NCBI GenBank assembly: GCA_944383695.1
Contig: CALWQP010000017.1
Location: forward strand, 1 to 60,824
DNA from: an uncultured Mediterraneibacter sp.
GTDB taxonomy: Bacteria > Bacillota > Clostridia > Lachnospirales > Lachnospiraceae
Length of the DNA: 60,824 bases
Direction of reading: 5' to 3'
This document shows positions 1 to 8,286 of the stretch, piece after piece. Each line of letters begins with the position of its first letter. The first letter of the stretch is position 1. Position numbers and translations under genes: made by a program. Below the pieces are notes generated by a model. It searched no databases. It saw only the letters and a program-made list of their open reading frames with translations, and was not told where the DNA came from.

Positions 1-20
1 AAGGTTCTCTGCCGTTCTTT

Positions 21-174
21 CAAAGCGACAGCTTTGATATTCTATCAAAGCGCTTTTCGTTTGTCAAGAACTTTTTTACTTTCTTTTCTGTCCTGTCTTC
101 TTTCCTCTCGATCTGCTCCAGGCGACAGCCTGTATAGGCTATCATATCGCTTTGCATTTGTCAACAACTTTTTC
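21..174 (-). repeat. Two ~57-nt direct repeat units (21-77 and 118-174, about 75% identical). On the minus strand each carries a TTGACA-17nt-TAnnnT promoter-like motif followed by a palindrome. Transcription would run leftward out of the window.
   Basis: Units align as GCGACAGC..TATCA..CGCTTT..TTTGTCAA..AACTTTTT. Minus strand reads TTGACAAACGAAAAGCGCTTTGATAGAAT (unit A) and TTGACAAATGCAAAGCGATATGATAGCCT (unit B). Palindromes are TTTGATAttcTATCAAA and AGCCTatacAGGCT. Confidence 0.45.
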
Positions 175-310
175 ACCACTTTACGCCATGGTTCATTATG
201 TTGTTTTCATCGATTTCCCGGGAGATTTCCTGCTGCCCTCCGGTCGTTCCGCCTCCGCGTCTCCGGTCGGTCAACTCTCTGGATTTTCTTCCCTCATCAG
301 CGACGAGTGC

Positions 311-340
311 TATCTTATCATCGGCGGAGCGAATTGTCAA
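311..340 (-). promoter_or_regulatory. Third leftward sigma70-like promoter (minus strand TTGACA-17-TAAGAT), flanked by the inverted repeat GCGAATTGTC / GACAATTCGC.
   Basis: Minus strand reads AAAAAACATTGACAATTCGCTCCGCCGATGATAAGATAGC. The 10-bp inverted repeat lies at 330-339 and 369-378. Confidence 0.35.
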
Positions 341-435
341 TGTTTTTTCCGTTTTTTATTTATTTCAGACAATTCGCACAATTCTATTGTTCTGATCGCT
401 TTTTCTGCCGTATCTGACGCCCTGTTCCAGAATTC

Positions 436-475
436 AAAAAGGATACCCGAGTATGTCTTTTAAGGTATCCTTTTT
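436..475. terminator. Bidirectional rho-independent terminator (12-bp perfect stem AAAAAGGATACC / GGTATCCTTTTT with T-tracts on both strands). It ends the TPM/zinc-ribbon/SPFH operon.
   Basis: aaaaaggatacccgagtatgtcttttaaggtatccttttt. Confidence 0.8.
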
Positions 476-564
476 ATCTTCACTATTATGTATGGTAATA
501 ACACATCATGCGAAGCGCTGCTTTTATTCGGTATGCCAGTGCCATTCTGTCCTCAATATAACAT

Positions 565-1437
565 TCAGAACTTCCCGCCGCGTCCGCCGTGGCTTCGCCC
601 TGACGAGGACCTGTGGGCGCTTGATCCGCTGCTGCTCTTAGGTCTTGCTCTTTTGCTCACATTTGCGTACAGGAAACGGTCTTCACTGTCTGTGATGTTC
701 ATGCTTCCGTTTTTTATATAGTTTCCCGCTGACCGCTGGGGCCGGACGCTTTTAAGGCTGCGCCGCATCGTTTCTACGATAAGCAGGGCTATGACTATCC
801 CGCCAATCAGAGCAATACCCCCATACTTAGCCAGGTTAAATGGAGCTTTGGGCATATTGCCATTATCATAGGCACGTCCATTTTTTGCCTGGGTGACAAA
901 CTGGTCACACAGATCCGCATATGTTTCAAAGGCTTTCATATAATCTCCATCTCTCATATAGGGCACGAAGATATCCGACATATAATCCAGCCCCGCGTCT
1001 GTGAACGCAGTGATCCCAAAACCGGCAGTCGAAATATGCCAGTCTCTCTCAGCCATGCTCACGAGCAGGAGCACTCCATCTGCATTCCCCCCCATTCCGA
1101 ATCCATTGTAATCGTAGTAATCATCTGCAAAAGCCTGCGGCGTCCTGCTGCCTGTACTGTCTACTGTTACGATTGCCACATCAAAATCCAGCTTATTGCT
1201 GATGTCATCCAGCTCCTTTTGCAGACTGTCTTCCTGTGTATCTGTCAGCAGATCCGCCTGATCTACCAGCCTGGGCTGCAGGCGTTCCTGAGGGATCGTG
1301 CCTCCGGAGGGAATGAGCTCTTCACCGCTCCCGGCAGCCGCATATGTCTGCAAAGGCACATACCAGAGGAGAGACAGCGCAGACAAAACAGCCATCCCAA
1401 ACAATACCAGTTTCTTCTTATGTATTTGTCTTTTCAA
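565..1437 (-). CDS. TPM-domain (TLP18.3/Psb32/MOLO-1 phosphatase-like) membrane-anchored protein, YdjH-like. The likely start is a TTG at 1437 after the RBS GGAGGGGAG; the annotated upstream ATG overlaps the previous gene.
   Basis: Has a signal peptide/TM (KKKLVLFGMAVLSALSLLWYV), a TPM core and a C-terminal TM plus Ser/Gly/Arg-rich tail. The RBS is 7 nt before the TTG. Confidence 0.7.
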   Translation of the reverse strand: MKRQIHKKKLVLFGMAVLSALSLLWYVPLQTYAAAGSGEELIPSGGTIPQERLQPRLVDQADLLTDTQEDSLQKELDDISNKLDFDVAIVTVDSTGSRTPQAFADDYYDYNGFGMGGNADGVLLLVSMAERDWHISTAGFGITAFTDAGLDYMSDIFVPYMRDGDYMKAFETYADLCDQFVTQAKNGRAYDNGNMPKAPFNLAKYGGIALIGGIVIALLIVETMRRSLKSVRPQRSAGNYIKNGSMNITDSEDRFLYANVSKRARPKSSSGSSAHRSSSGRSHGGRGGKF

Positions 1438-1450
1438 CTTTCTCCCCTCC

Positions 1451-2536
1451 TTATAACAGCCATAACAGATAGAGTCCGGCAAATGCGGCGGCGCCAATGG
1501 ATGCAGTCAGCCCAAGCAGCCACTTGACATAAGCGCCTGGATCAAGTGGCAGATTTCCCACAAATTTCCCGGTCTGCCCATTCATTGCAAATCTGTATTT
1601 CTCGCCATTCCACGTTGTATTTAATATCCACACCGGATAGAGCGCATATTTTGCACTGCTGTTTGACAGACGCACACCGCTGCTTTCCGGCACCACTGTG
1701 CTGTATCCTTTGACTGTAGATTTGAACGCTTCTTCTGTTCCTGTCTTAATTCTCTGGCTGGCCCGCTCTTCGCTCTGCTGTTCAGTGACATCATATTTAT
1801 CTGCCAGGTATCCTGCCAGATATGCGGTCTGGAAATCCACAGCCTCCCGGAAATCAAAAGGCTCCAGAGATTCCATAAGATCATCCGCCATTTTAGAGGA
1901 ACCGTCTACCGGTACTTTTTCAAAAGCGAGCTTCCCTCCTCTGCGCACGGAAAAATATCGGGTCTCTGTATAGTTATAACGGCTGTCAGACCAGCTTCGC
2001 ACTTTGGTCGCACGATACCGGATGTTCGCATCTACATCTGAGTCAAAAAGCCAAAATGGGACATAAACCCCTTTGATCTCATCAATATGGTTCTCTGTTT
2101 TAAACACTTTGGGGAGAAGCCGCTTCCCTTTCAGATGTTTCAAAAAGCCCGCTTTTGCCGCCTTTTTATCCAGCTTGAAGGGAATCACATAATCCGGTTT
2201 TAATTCACCGGAAAACTGCCCTTTCATTACAATCGGATTATCGCAATAGGGACAGCTTGACGCGGCTGTATTTTCGTCACATACGATCTCTCCGCCGCAG
2301 GACTGGCACATATAGACTTTCATGCCGTCCGCTTCGCCCTCATTCCACTGACCGCCGGCGTGGGTCTCCCATGTCAATTCGTCTGCATTTTCTTCTTTTA
2401 GTTCTTCATCGTATTTTTTCAGCGCCTCTACATCGAACTCCGCATCACAATACGGACATTTCATTTTCTGCAGGGAACTGTCAAACTCGATCGCACCACC
2501 GCAGTTCGGGCATTTGTATTGTAACAATTCTGACAT
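1451..2536 (-). CDS. Membrane protein with an N-terminal double zinc ribbon (CPNCGG...CPYCD; CQSCGG...CPYCD) and a C-terminal TM helix, YdjG-like.
   Basis: Four CxxC pairs, then a 22-residue C-terminal hydrophobic segment. RBS is AGGAGAAATTAAAATG. Confidence 0.6.
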   Translation of the reverse strand: MSELLQYKCPNCGGAIEFDSSLQKMKCPYCDAEFDVEALKKYDEELKEENADELTWETHAGGQWNEGEADGMKVYMCQSCGGEIVCDENTAASSCPYCDNPIVMKGQFSGELKPDYVIPFKLDKKAAKAGFLKHLKGKRLLPKVFKTENHIDEIKGVYVPFWLFDSDVDANIRYRATKVRSWSDSRYNYTETRYFSVRRGGKLAFEKVPVDGSSKMADDLMESLEPFDFREAVDFQTAYLAGYLADKYDVTEQQSEERASQRIKTGTEEAFKSTVKGYSTVVPESSGVRLSNSSAKYALYPVWILNTTWNGEKYRFAMNGQTGKFVGNLPLDPGAYVKWLLGLTASIGAAAFAGLYLLWLL

Positions 2537-2547
2537 TTTAATTTCTC

Positions 2548-3876
2548 CTATTGTATATCGTTGTCATCAAACATATCGCCGCATTCCGGGCAGAATTTCG
2601 GCGGATGGTGCGGATCTTCCGGCTTCCAGCCGCATTTATCGCAGCGGTACAGAGGCGCTCCCGCCGGCTTTGGCTTTCCACACTCCGTACAGAATCTCCC
2701 CTTATTCACTGCCCCACAGGCGCATGTCCACCCATCAGACGGCTTCGGCTTTCCGCACTCTGCGCAGAATTTCCCTTTATTCAATGCCCCGCAGGCACAC
2801 TGCCACTGTTCTTCTTTTGCCCCTTCCGGCGAAGACGGCCGTTCCTGCACAGGTTTTTCCTGCATGTGCTTCCGGTCCCCCATTGCATACAGATCCTGAA
2901 CATTCGTTCCCGCCCCGGAAACCATTCCCATTCCCATGAATCCGGTCATTGCCCCGGCGCTGTTTCCGGCAGCTGTTTTCAGCGCCTCCGCCTGTGCGCC
3001 TGCCATAGTTGCCGCCGCCATGGACGGATCTCGGAGCACCGCCGTTCTCTGAGCCTGTTTGATCAGCTCTGTATCTTCTTCGGGAAGCGTAAGAGAACTG
3101 ATCGCTACGGACATCACCTCCAGCCCTCTTAACTCCTTCCACTTCTTCGTAAGAGATTCATTCATCGCATCGCAGAGTTCCTCCACATGCCCGGGAATTG
3201 CGTTGGGGCGTATCTCCAGTTCGGATATTTTAGCAAAAGCCGGCTGGAGCGCGCTGATAAACTCTGATTTAAGCTGGGTCTCCAGCTGGTCCCTTGTATA
3301 TTCCCTCTCCACGTTCCCGCAGACATTTGCATAAAACAAAAGCGGATTTACGATTTTGTATGAGTATACGCCGCTGCATCGGATGGACACATCTATGTCC
3401 AGTCCCACGTTCCTGTCCACAACCCGGAACGGCACAGGATTTGGAGTTCCGAATTTATTATCTACCAGTTCTTTTGTATTAATATAGTAAACACGCTGGT
3501 CTTTCCCTGTATCGCCTCCATATGTAAAACGCTTTCCTATGGTATTGAACACTGCCTCCAGCGCCTCTCCCAGATTTCCGGAAAAGATACTCGGCTCTGT
3601 GGAGGCGTCATATGTAAATTCACCCGGCTCGGCACATACCTCAACGATCTTCCCCTGTTCTGTGATCAGCGCGCACTGGCCGTCCGCCACAACAATCCCG
3701 GAGCCGCTGGTAATGATATTATCTTCCCCCTTTAGATTGCTGGAACGGTTTCCAGTACGTTTTTGCCCTTTCACAGCCATGACATTTTTATCCATGGAAT
3801 CACAGTAGAAAAATTCCTTCCACTGATCTGCCAGAGTTCCCCCCAGGGCGCCTATTCCCGCCTTAATAAGTCCCAT
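2548..3876 (-). CDS. SPFH/band-7 domain protein with two C-terminal zinc ribbons (COG4260, YdjI-like).
   Basis: MGLIKAG... N-terminus, an SPFH core, and a C-terminal CACGALNKGKFCAECG / CACGAVNKGRFCTECG / CDKCG...CPECG. RBS is AAAGGAGATAAG. Confidence 0.75.
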   Translation of the reverse strand: MGLIKAGIGALGGTLADQWKEFFYCDSMDKNVMAVKGQKRTGNRSSNLKGEDNIITSGSGIVVADGQCALITEQGKIVEVCAEPGEFTYDASTEPSIFSGNLGEALEAVFNTIGKRFTYGGDTGKDQRVYYINTKELVDNKFGTPNPVPFRVVDRNVGLDIDVSIRCSGVYSYKIVNPLLFYANVCGNVEREYTRDQLETQLKSEFISALQPAFAKISELEIRPNAIPGHVEELCDAMNESLTKKWKELRGLEVMSVAISSLTLPEEDTELIKQAQRTAVLRDPSMAAATMAGAQAEALKTAAGNSAGAMTGFMGMGMVSGAGTNVQDLYAMGDRKHMQEKPVQERPSSPEGAKEEQWQCACGALNKGKFCAECGKPKPSDGWTCACGAVNKGRFCTECGKPKPAGAPLYRCDKCGWKPEDPHHPPKFCPECGDMFDDNDIQ

Positions 3877-3976
3877 ATCTTATCTCCTTTCTCTTCCTTT
3901 CACTTAAATTCTATGTTATCCTAATGCTACTATAAATGGGTTTTACTGGCAACTAAAAAGTAAAGGAGGCACAAAA

Positions 3977-4342
3977 ATGTCAAGCAGCCAGGAATTCGTT
4001 CAATATGCGGCAGACCAGTCTTCCGGAGCAGGCAGGATCACATATCGAAAAATGTTCGGGGAATACGGAATGTACTGTGACGGCAAGATTTTCGCTCTGA
4101 TCTGCGACGACCAGTTTTTTATCAAGATCACAGAAGCAGGCAGGCATCTTGCCCCTGGACTTGCGGAAGTCCCTCCCTACGAGGGGGCAAAACCATACTT
4201 TCTTATAGAAGATCTGGATGACAGAGATTTTCTCACTGAATTTATAACCGCCACATGCAGAGAACTGCCCATACCAAAGCCAAAAAACAAAAGAAAAAAG
4301 ACTGATACCGTCCCAAAAAGGAGGAAACGAAATGACATTTGA
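3977..4342 (+). CDS. TfoX N-terminal domain protein.
   Basis: FVQYAADQ...MFGEYGMYCDGKIFALICDDQFFIK is typical of the TfoX_N fold. RBS is AAAGGAGG. Confidence 0.7.
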   Translation: MSSSQEFVQYAADQSSGAGRITYRKMFGEYGMYCDGKIFALICDDQFFIKITEAGRHLAPGLAEVPPYEGAKPYFLIEDLDDRDFLTEFITATCRELPIPKPKNKRKKTDTVPKRRKRNDI

Positions 4343-4967
4343 TTATAAGAAGGAATACAAAGATTTCTATCTTCCGCCCAAGGCTCCCGGAATCGCAGAC
4401 ATACCGGAGATGAATTTTGTTGCCGTGCGCGGGAAGGGGAATCCAAACGATCCGAATGGGGAATATAAAAAGGCATTGAGCCTGCTCTATGGAATCTCAT
4501 TCACCATCAAGATGAGTTATAAGAGCATCCACAGAATCGAGGGCTATTTTCCTTATGTAGTCCCTCCTCTGGAAGGGCTGTGGTGGCAGGACGGTATGAC
4601 AGGAATCGACTACTCTCACAAAGAAAAGTTCCGGTGGATCTCCATGATCCGCCTGCCGGAGTTTGTGACAAAAGAAGAGTTTAACTGGGCGGTACGAGAA
4701 GCAGAGAAGAAAAAGGAGGCGGATCTTTCCCGCACAGAGTTCTTTACATATAAGGAAGGACTTTGTGTCCAGTGTATGCATATCGGAAGTTACGACGATG
4801 AACCCGCCACGCTCCGGAAGATGGATGAGTTTCTCTCTGAAAACGGATACCAGCCTGATTTATCCGGAGAGCGGCTGCACCACGAGATATACCTGAGCGA
4901 CCCAAGGCGGACCGCACCGGAAAGACTTAAAACTGTCATACGCCAGCCAATAAAAATCTGCAGGTGA
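4332..4967 (+). CDS. GyrI-like small-molecule-binding domain protein.
   Basis: The PEMNFVAVRGKGNP..PNGEYKKALSLLY pattern is typical of the GyrI-like/YdeE family. It overlaps the upstream gene by 11 nt; RBS is AAAGGAGGAAACG. Confidence 0.6.
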   Translation: MTFDYKKEYKDFYLPPKAPGIADIPEMNFVAVRGKGNPNDPNGEYKKALSLLYGISFTIKMSYKSIHRIEGYFPYVVPPLEGLWWQDGMTGIDYSHKEKFRWISMIRLPEFVTKEEFNWAVREAEKKKEADLSRTEFFTYKEGLCVQCMHIGSYDDEPATLRKMDEFLSENGYQPDLSGERLHHEIYLSDPRRTAPERLKTVIRQPIKICR

Positions 4968-5142
4968 AATGCCGCCAATAAAATCCGCTATTGATTTTCT
5001 CGTTTCCATATAGTATAAATATTAATAAGATTTGGCACTTCCTTGCCGCCGGGTAAGGAGTGGAGCGCCGGACTTTCTATCGGTAGGCCGTTGGAGATAG
5101 AAAGCTCTGACGCTATTTTTTTGTGATTTTAGGAGTGGAGAT

Positions 5143-6471
5143 ATGGAACAGAGATCTTATATGCGGGATTTTTCCCATTATACATTTTTGAGCGTGCTGG
5201 GGACACTGGGGGTGTCCTGCTATATTTTGGCCGATACTTTTTTCGTGTCAATGGGTCTGGGAGCAGACGGGCTTACCGCCTTAAATCTTGCCGTCCCTGT
5301 TTATAACTTTATACATGGGACAGGACTTATGCTGGGCATGGGCGGCGCGACGAAATTTTCCGTCAGCAAAAGCCAGGGCAGATCCGCGGAAGTGAACCGG
5401 ATCTATACGAATACCATTTATCTTGCCCTGCTTTTTTCAGTTGTATTTTTCCTGCCAGGTCTGTTTCTTTCGGAACATTTATCTGTTCTTTTGGGAGCGG
5501 ACGCCGCTGTTTTGGAAATGACAGACACTTACCTGAAATGGCTGCTGCTTTTTGCCCCTGCTTTTATCTTAAACGATGTACTGCTCTGCTTCGTCAGAAA
5601 CGACGGCAGTCCACAGCTGTCCATGGTCGCAATGCTGATCGGCAGTTTCTCGAATATCATATTGGATTATGTTTTCATTTTTCCGCTGGGAATGGGCATT
5701 TTCGGCGCTATTTTTGCCACCGGATTATCCCCGGTCATCAGCATCATCATGATGCTCCCTCACTGGATCAAAAAGAAAAATTCGTTCCACTTTGTAAAGA
5801 CAAGACTAAGCGCCGGCATCGCAAAACAGGATTTGTCTTTAGGCTTTCCGTCCCTGATCACGCAGAGTTCTTCCGGGATCGTGATGATCGTTTTCAATAT
5901 GATCATACTGGGGTTAGAAGGGAATACCGGCGTCGCCGCCTACGGCGTGGTCGCCAATATCTCTCTTGTGATTGTTGCAATATATACAGGCATCGCGCAG
6001 GGTGTCCAGCCTCTGATCAGTACATTTTACGGCGCCGGAAATAAGAAACAGACACAGGCAATGCTGAAATATGCTCTTATGACGATGCTGTCCGTATCCT
6101 TCATAGTCTACCTGATCATTTTTGTTTTCGCACTGCCGATCACTGAAGTCTTTAACAGTGAAAATAATATTCGACTGCAGCAAATCGCAGTAACAGGGCT
6201 GAAGCTGTATTTTACAGCTATCCCATTTATCGGATATAATACGGTCTTGGCAACGTTTTTCACTTCTATAGAAAAAGCTCTGCCCGCACATATCCTATCC
6301 ATTTTAAGAGGTCTGGCGCTGATCATACCTGTGGCATTTTTATTGTCTGTCCTGTGGGGAATGACCGGAGTATGGCTCACCTGCCCGATCGCAGAATTAT
6401 TTACTGCATTACTTGGATTTATCATGTATAATCATTATAACAGATCAACTATTACAGAAAAGAAAGGATGA
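5143..6471 (+). CDS. MATE family efflux transporter.
   Basis: About 12 TM segments with an N-terminus (LSVLGTLGVSCYILADTFFVSMGLGADGLTALNLAVP) typical of MATE/NorM proteins. Confidence 0.85.
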   Translation: MEQRSYMRDFSHYTFLSVLGTLGVSCYILADTFFVSMGLGADGLTALNLAVPVYNFIHGTGLMLGMGGATKFSVSKSQGRSAEVNRIYTNTIYLALLFSVVFFLPGLFLSEHLSVLLGADAAVLEMTDTYLKWLLLFAPAFILNDVLLCFVRNDGSPQLSMVAMLIGSFSNIILDYVFIFPLGMGIFGAIFATGLSPVISIIMMLPHWIKKKNSFHFVKTRLSAGIAKQDLSLGFPSLITQSSSGIVMIVFNMIILGLEGNTGVAAYGVVANISLVIVAIYTGIAQGVQPLISTFYGAGNKKQTQAMLKYALMTMLSVSFIVYLIIFVFALPITEVFNSENNIRLQQIAVTGLKLYFTAIPFIGYNTVLATFFTSIEKALPAHILSILRGLALIIPVAFLLSVLWGMTGVWLTCPIAELFTALLGFIMYNHYNRSTITEKKG

Positions 6472-6750
6472 ATGACCATGAATTTTACGCATGAAGAAAA
6501 CCAGATCGCATTATACTCAGACACAGGCAGTCTGCTTGCAGAGATCACGTTCCCGAATATAGACGAAAACACTGTGGACGTGAACCATACGTTTGTAGAC
6601 GCTTCTCTCAGAGGGCAGGGAATCGCTGGAAAGCTGATGCAGGAACTTGTTTCTGATCTGGAAAAGAAAGGACTTAAGGCTGTGCCCACCTGCTCGTATG
6701 CGCAGGGGTGGTTTGAGAAACATGAAGAGTATGCGCATCTTTTGAAATAG
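6472..6750 (+). CDS. Small GNAT-fold N-acetyltransferase (YjdC-like single domain).
   Basis: LRGQGIAGKLMQELVSDLEKKGLKAVPTCSY is an acetyl-CoA-binding motif region. Its start abuts the MATE stop (tgaATG). Confidence 0.6.
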   Translation: MTMNFTHEENQIALYSDTGSLLAEITFPNIDENTVDVNHTFVDASLRGQGIAGKLMQELVSDLEKKGLKAVPTCSYAQGWFEKHEEYAHLLK

Positions 6751-6940
6751 CGCGAAAAAGAAATAAATGTTCCCGATGTATATTATCTGCAGCATCAATA
6801 CGTTTCAGGCATTTACCGTGATTTAGGATAGGCATTAGACTTTTTTCATGCATGGGAGCTATAATTAGAACAAGACAGCAAAGATAATCTCATAAGGAGG
6901 CTTTTATAATGAAAATTATTATGACACTGATCCTGAATTT

Positions 6941-7597
6941 ATGGAGCGTTTTGAACATTTTGCTTTTGACGAGGTCGTCAATGAAGAAGGACAGCAGCTT
7001 GACGACGTGACCCGCCATATGGCGATCATCGCCACTCTTCTCGGATGTCAGGGCATTGATGAATTTCGCATAGAACTGCCCCTCGCTCTGGATGCGGGAC
7101 TGACTCCGGTCATGGTGAAAGAGATCGTGTATCAGGCAGTGGACTATCTCGGGATCGGACGTGTGCTTCCTTTCCTTGACGCCACGAACGAGATCCTGAC
7201 ATCCCGCAGAGTTGAACTTCCGCTGGAAGGCCAGGCGACAACAACCATGGAGGACCGTCTGGAAAAAGGAATCCAGGTGCAGGCTGACATCTTCGGCGAA
7301 CAGATGAAAGAGGCGTGGAAAGCGGGACATATCAACCGCTGGCTTGCCGCCAACTGCTTCGGAGACTACTATACCCGCACAGGTCTTGACTTGCGGCGGA
7401 GAGAAATGATCACTTTCTGTTTCATTGCCGCTCAGGGCGGGTGTGAACCACAGCTCACAGGCCACGCCCAGGGAAATATGAATATGGGGAATGATAAGGA
7501 TTTCCTCATTAAGGTCGTATCCCAGTGCCTGCCTTACATCGGATATCCCAGAAGCCTGAATGCGATCAACTGCATTAATAAAGCTGCAGAACAATAA
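6941..7597 (+). CDS. Carboxymuconolactone decarboxylase (CMD/AhpD-like) family protein. The true start is probably the ATG at 6909 with a +1 frameshift at an A-run (see findings).
   Basis: The protein is CMD-family over its full length. The RBS AAGGAGG at 6894-6900 serves the ATG at 6909, which is out of frame by one base with the ORF body. Confidence 0.7.
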   Translation: MERFEHFAFDEVVNEEGQQLDDVTRHMAIIATLLGCQGIDEFRIELPLALDAGLTPVMVKEIVYQAVDYLGIGRVLPFLDATNEILTSRRVELPLEGQATTTMEDRLEKGIQVQADIFGEQMKEAWKAGHINRWLAANCFGDYYTRTGLDLRRREMITFCFIAAQGGCEPQLTGHAQGNMNMGNDKDFLIKVVSQCLPYIGYPRSLNAINCINKAAEQ

Positions 7598-7646
7598 ACA
7601 GGCAATATGTATGAATGGACTGAAGACTCTGTTATCTCATAGCAGA

Positions 7647-7706
7647 TAAAAAACCCCGGTCAAAGGGAACTGGCTGACCGCACAGCTTTTCTCTGGCCGG
7701 GTTTTT
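7647..7706. terminator. Bidirectional terminator between convergent genes (AAAAAACCCCGG ... CCGGGTTTTT with an inner GGTCA..TGACC).
   Basis: aaaaaaccccggtcaaagggaactggctgaccgcacagcttttctctggccgggttttt. Confidence 0.6.
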
Positions 7707-7746
7707 GTCCATTCTTCACATTTTCCCGGAATGCATATCCGATTTC

Positions 7747-8286
7747 TTAAAACTCAAATTTTCTCAGCTCGCAGTTTCCGATCCCAAACTTCGCAAATTC
7801 CTCATTTGTCATATCCGTAAAATACGACTGCACCGCCCTTGCCACTCCGTTGTGCGCTACGAGCAGATATACTTTCTCATCCGCCTCATCTCTGATGTCG
7901 TCCAGCAGCCCATAAATTCTGTGGCAGAACCGGATCATGGATTCTCCGCCGCCATAGCTGTCTGCGAAGCAGGTTTTCGCGCGTCCGAACTCCTCTCCAT
8001 CCCGGGCCGTGCCCTCATATTTCCCAAAGTTCTGCTCTGTCAGGCGCTGTTCAACGCGCATAGGCACTCCGGTGGCCTCCGAGATATGCCTTGCCGTCTC
8101 CGCAGCGCGCACCAGCGGCGAGCAGATGATCTCGTCAATGTGTGTCCCCTCTTCCAGGATTTTTTCCGCAAGCTCTTCTGCCTGTCGGTGTCCTTTTTCC
8201 GTCAGCTCGATGTCTATTACACCACAGATTTTATTTTCCACATTCCATACCGTCTGCCCATGACGGGCGAAATAAAAATATCCCAT
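7747..8286 (-). CDS. Histidine phosphatase (phosphoglycerate mutase-like) family protein, with its own start at 8286 and RBS GGAGGGAA.
   Basis: FARHGQT (RHG catalytic motif), ...SPLVRAAETA..., ...LLVAHNGV.... The listed ORF runs upstream, in frame, into the transposase remnant. Confidence 0.8.
   Translation of the reverse strand: MGYFYFARHGQTVWNVENKICGVIDIELTEKGHRQAEELAEKILEEGTHIDEIICSPLVRAAETARHISEATGVPMRVEQRLTEQNFGKYEGTARDGEEFGRAKTCFADSYGGGESMIRFCHRIYGLLDDIRDEADEKVYLLVAHNGVARAVQSYFTDMTNEEFAKFGIGNCELRKFEF

Noticed and set aside
34-463. Three overlapping plus-strand ORFs (127, 103 and 65 aa) at the window start.
   Set aside because: All three frames are open simultaneously because of pyrimidine-rich strand bias. 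The translations are low-complexity (R/S/F/C-rich) and the region is full of promoter-like and palindromic elements. It was judged non-coding.
6890-7594. 234-aa minus-strand ORF overlapping the CMD gene.
   Set aside because: It is the antisense shadow of a well-supported CMD-family CDS.
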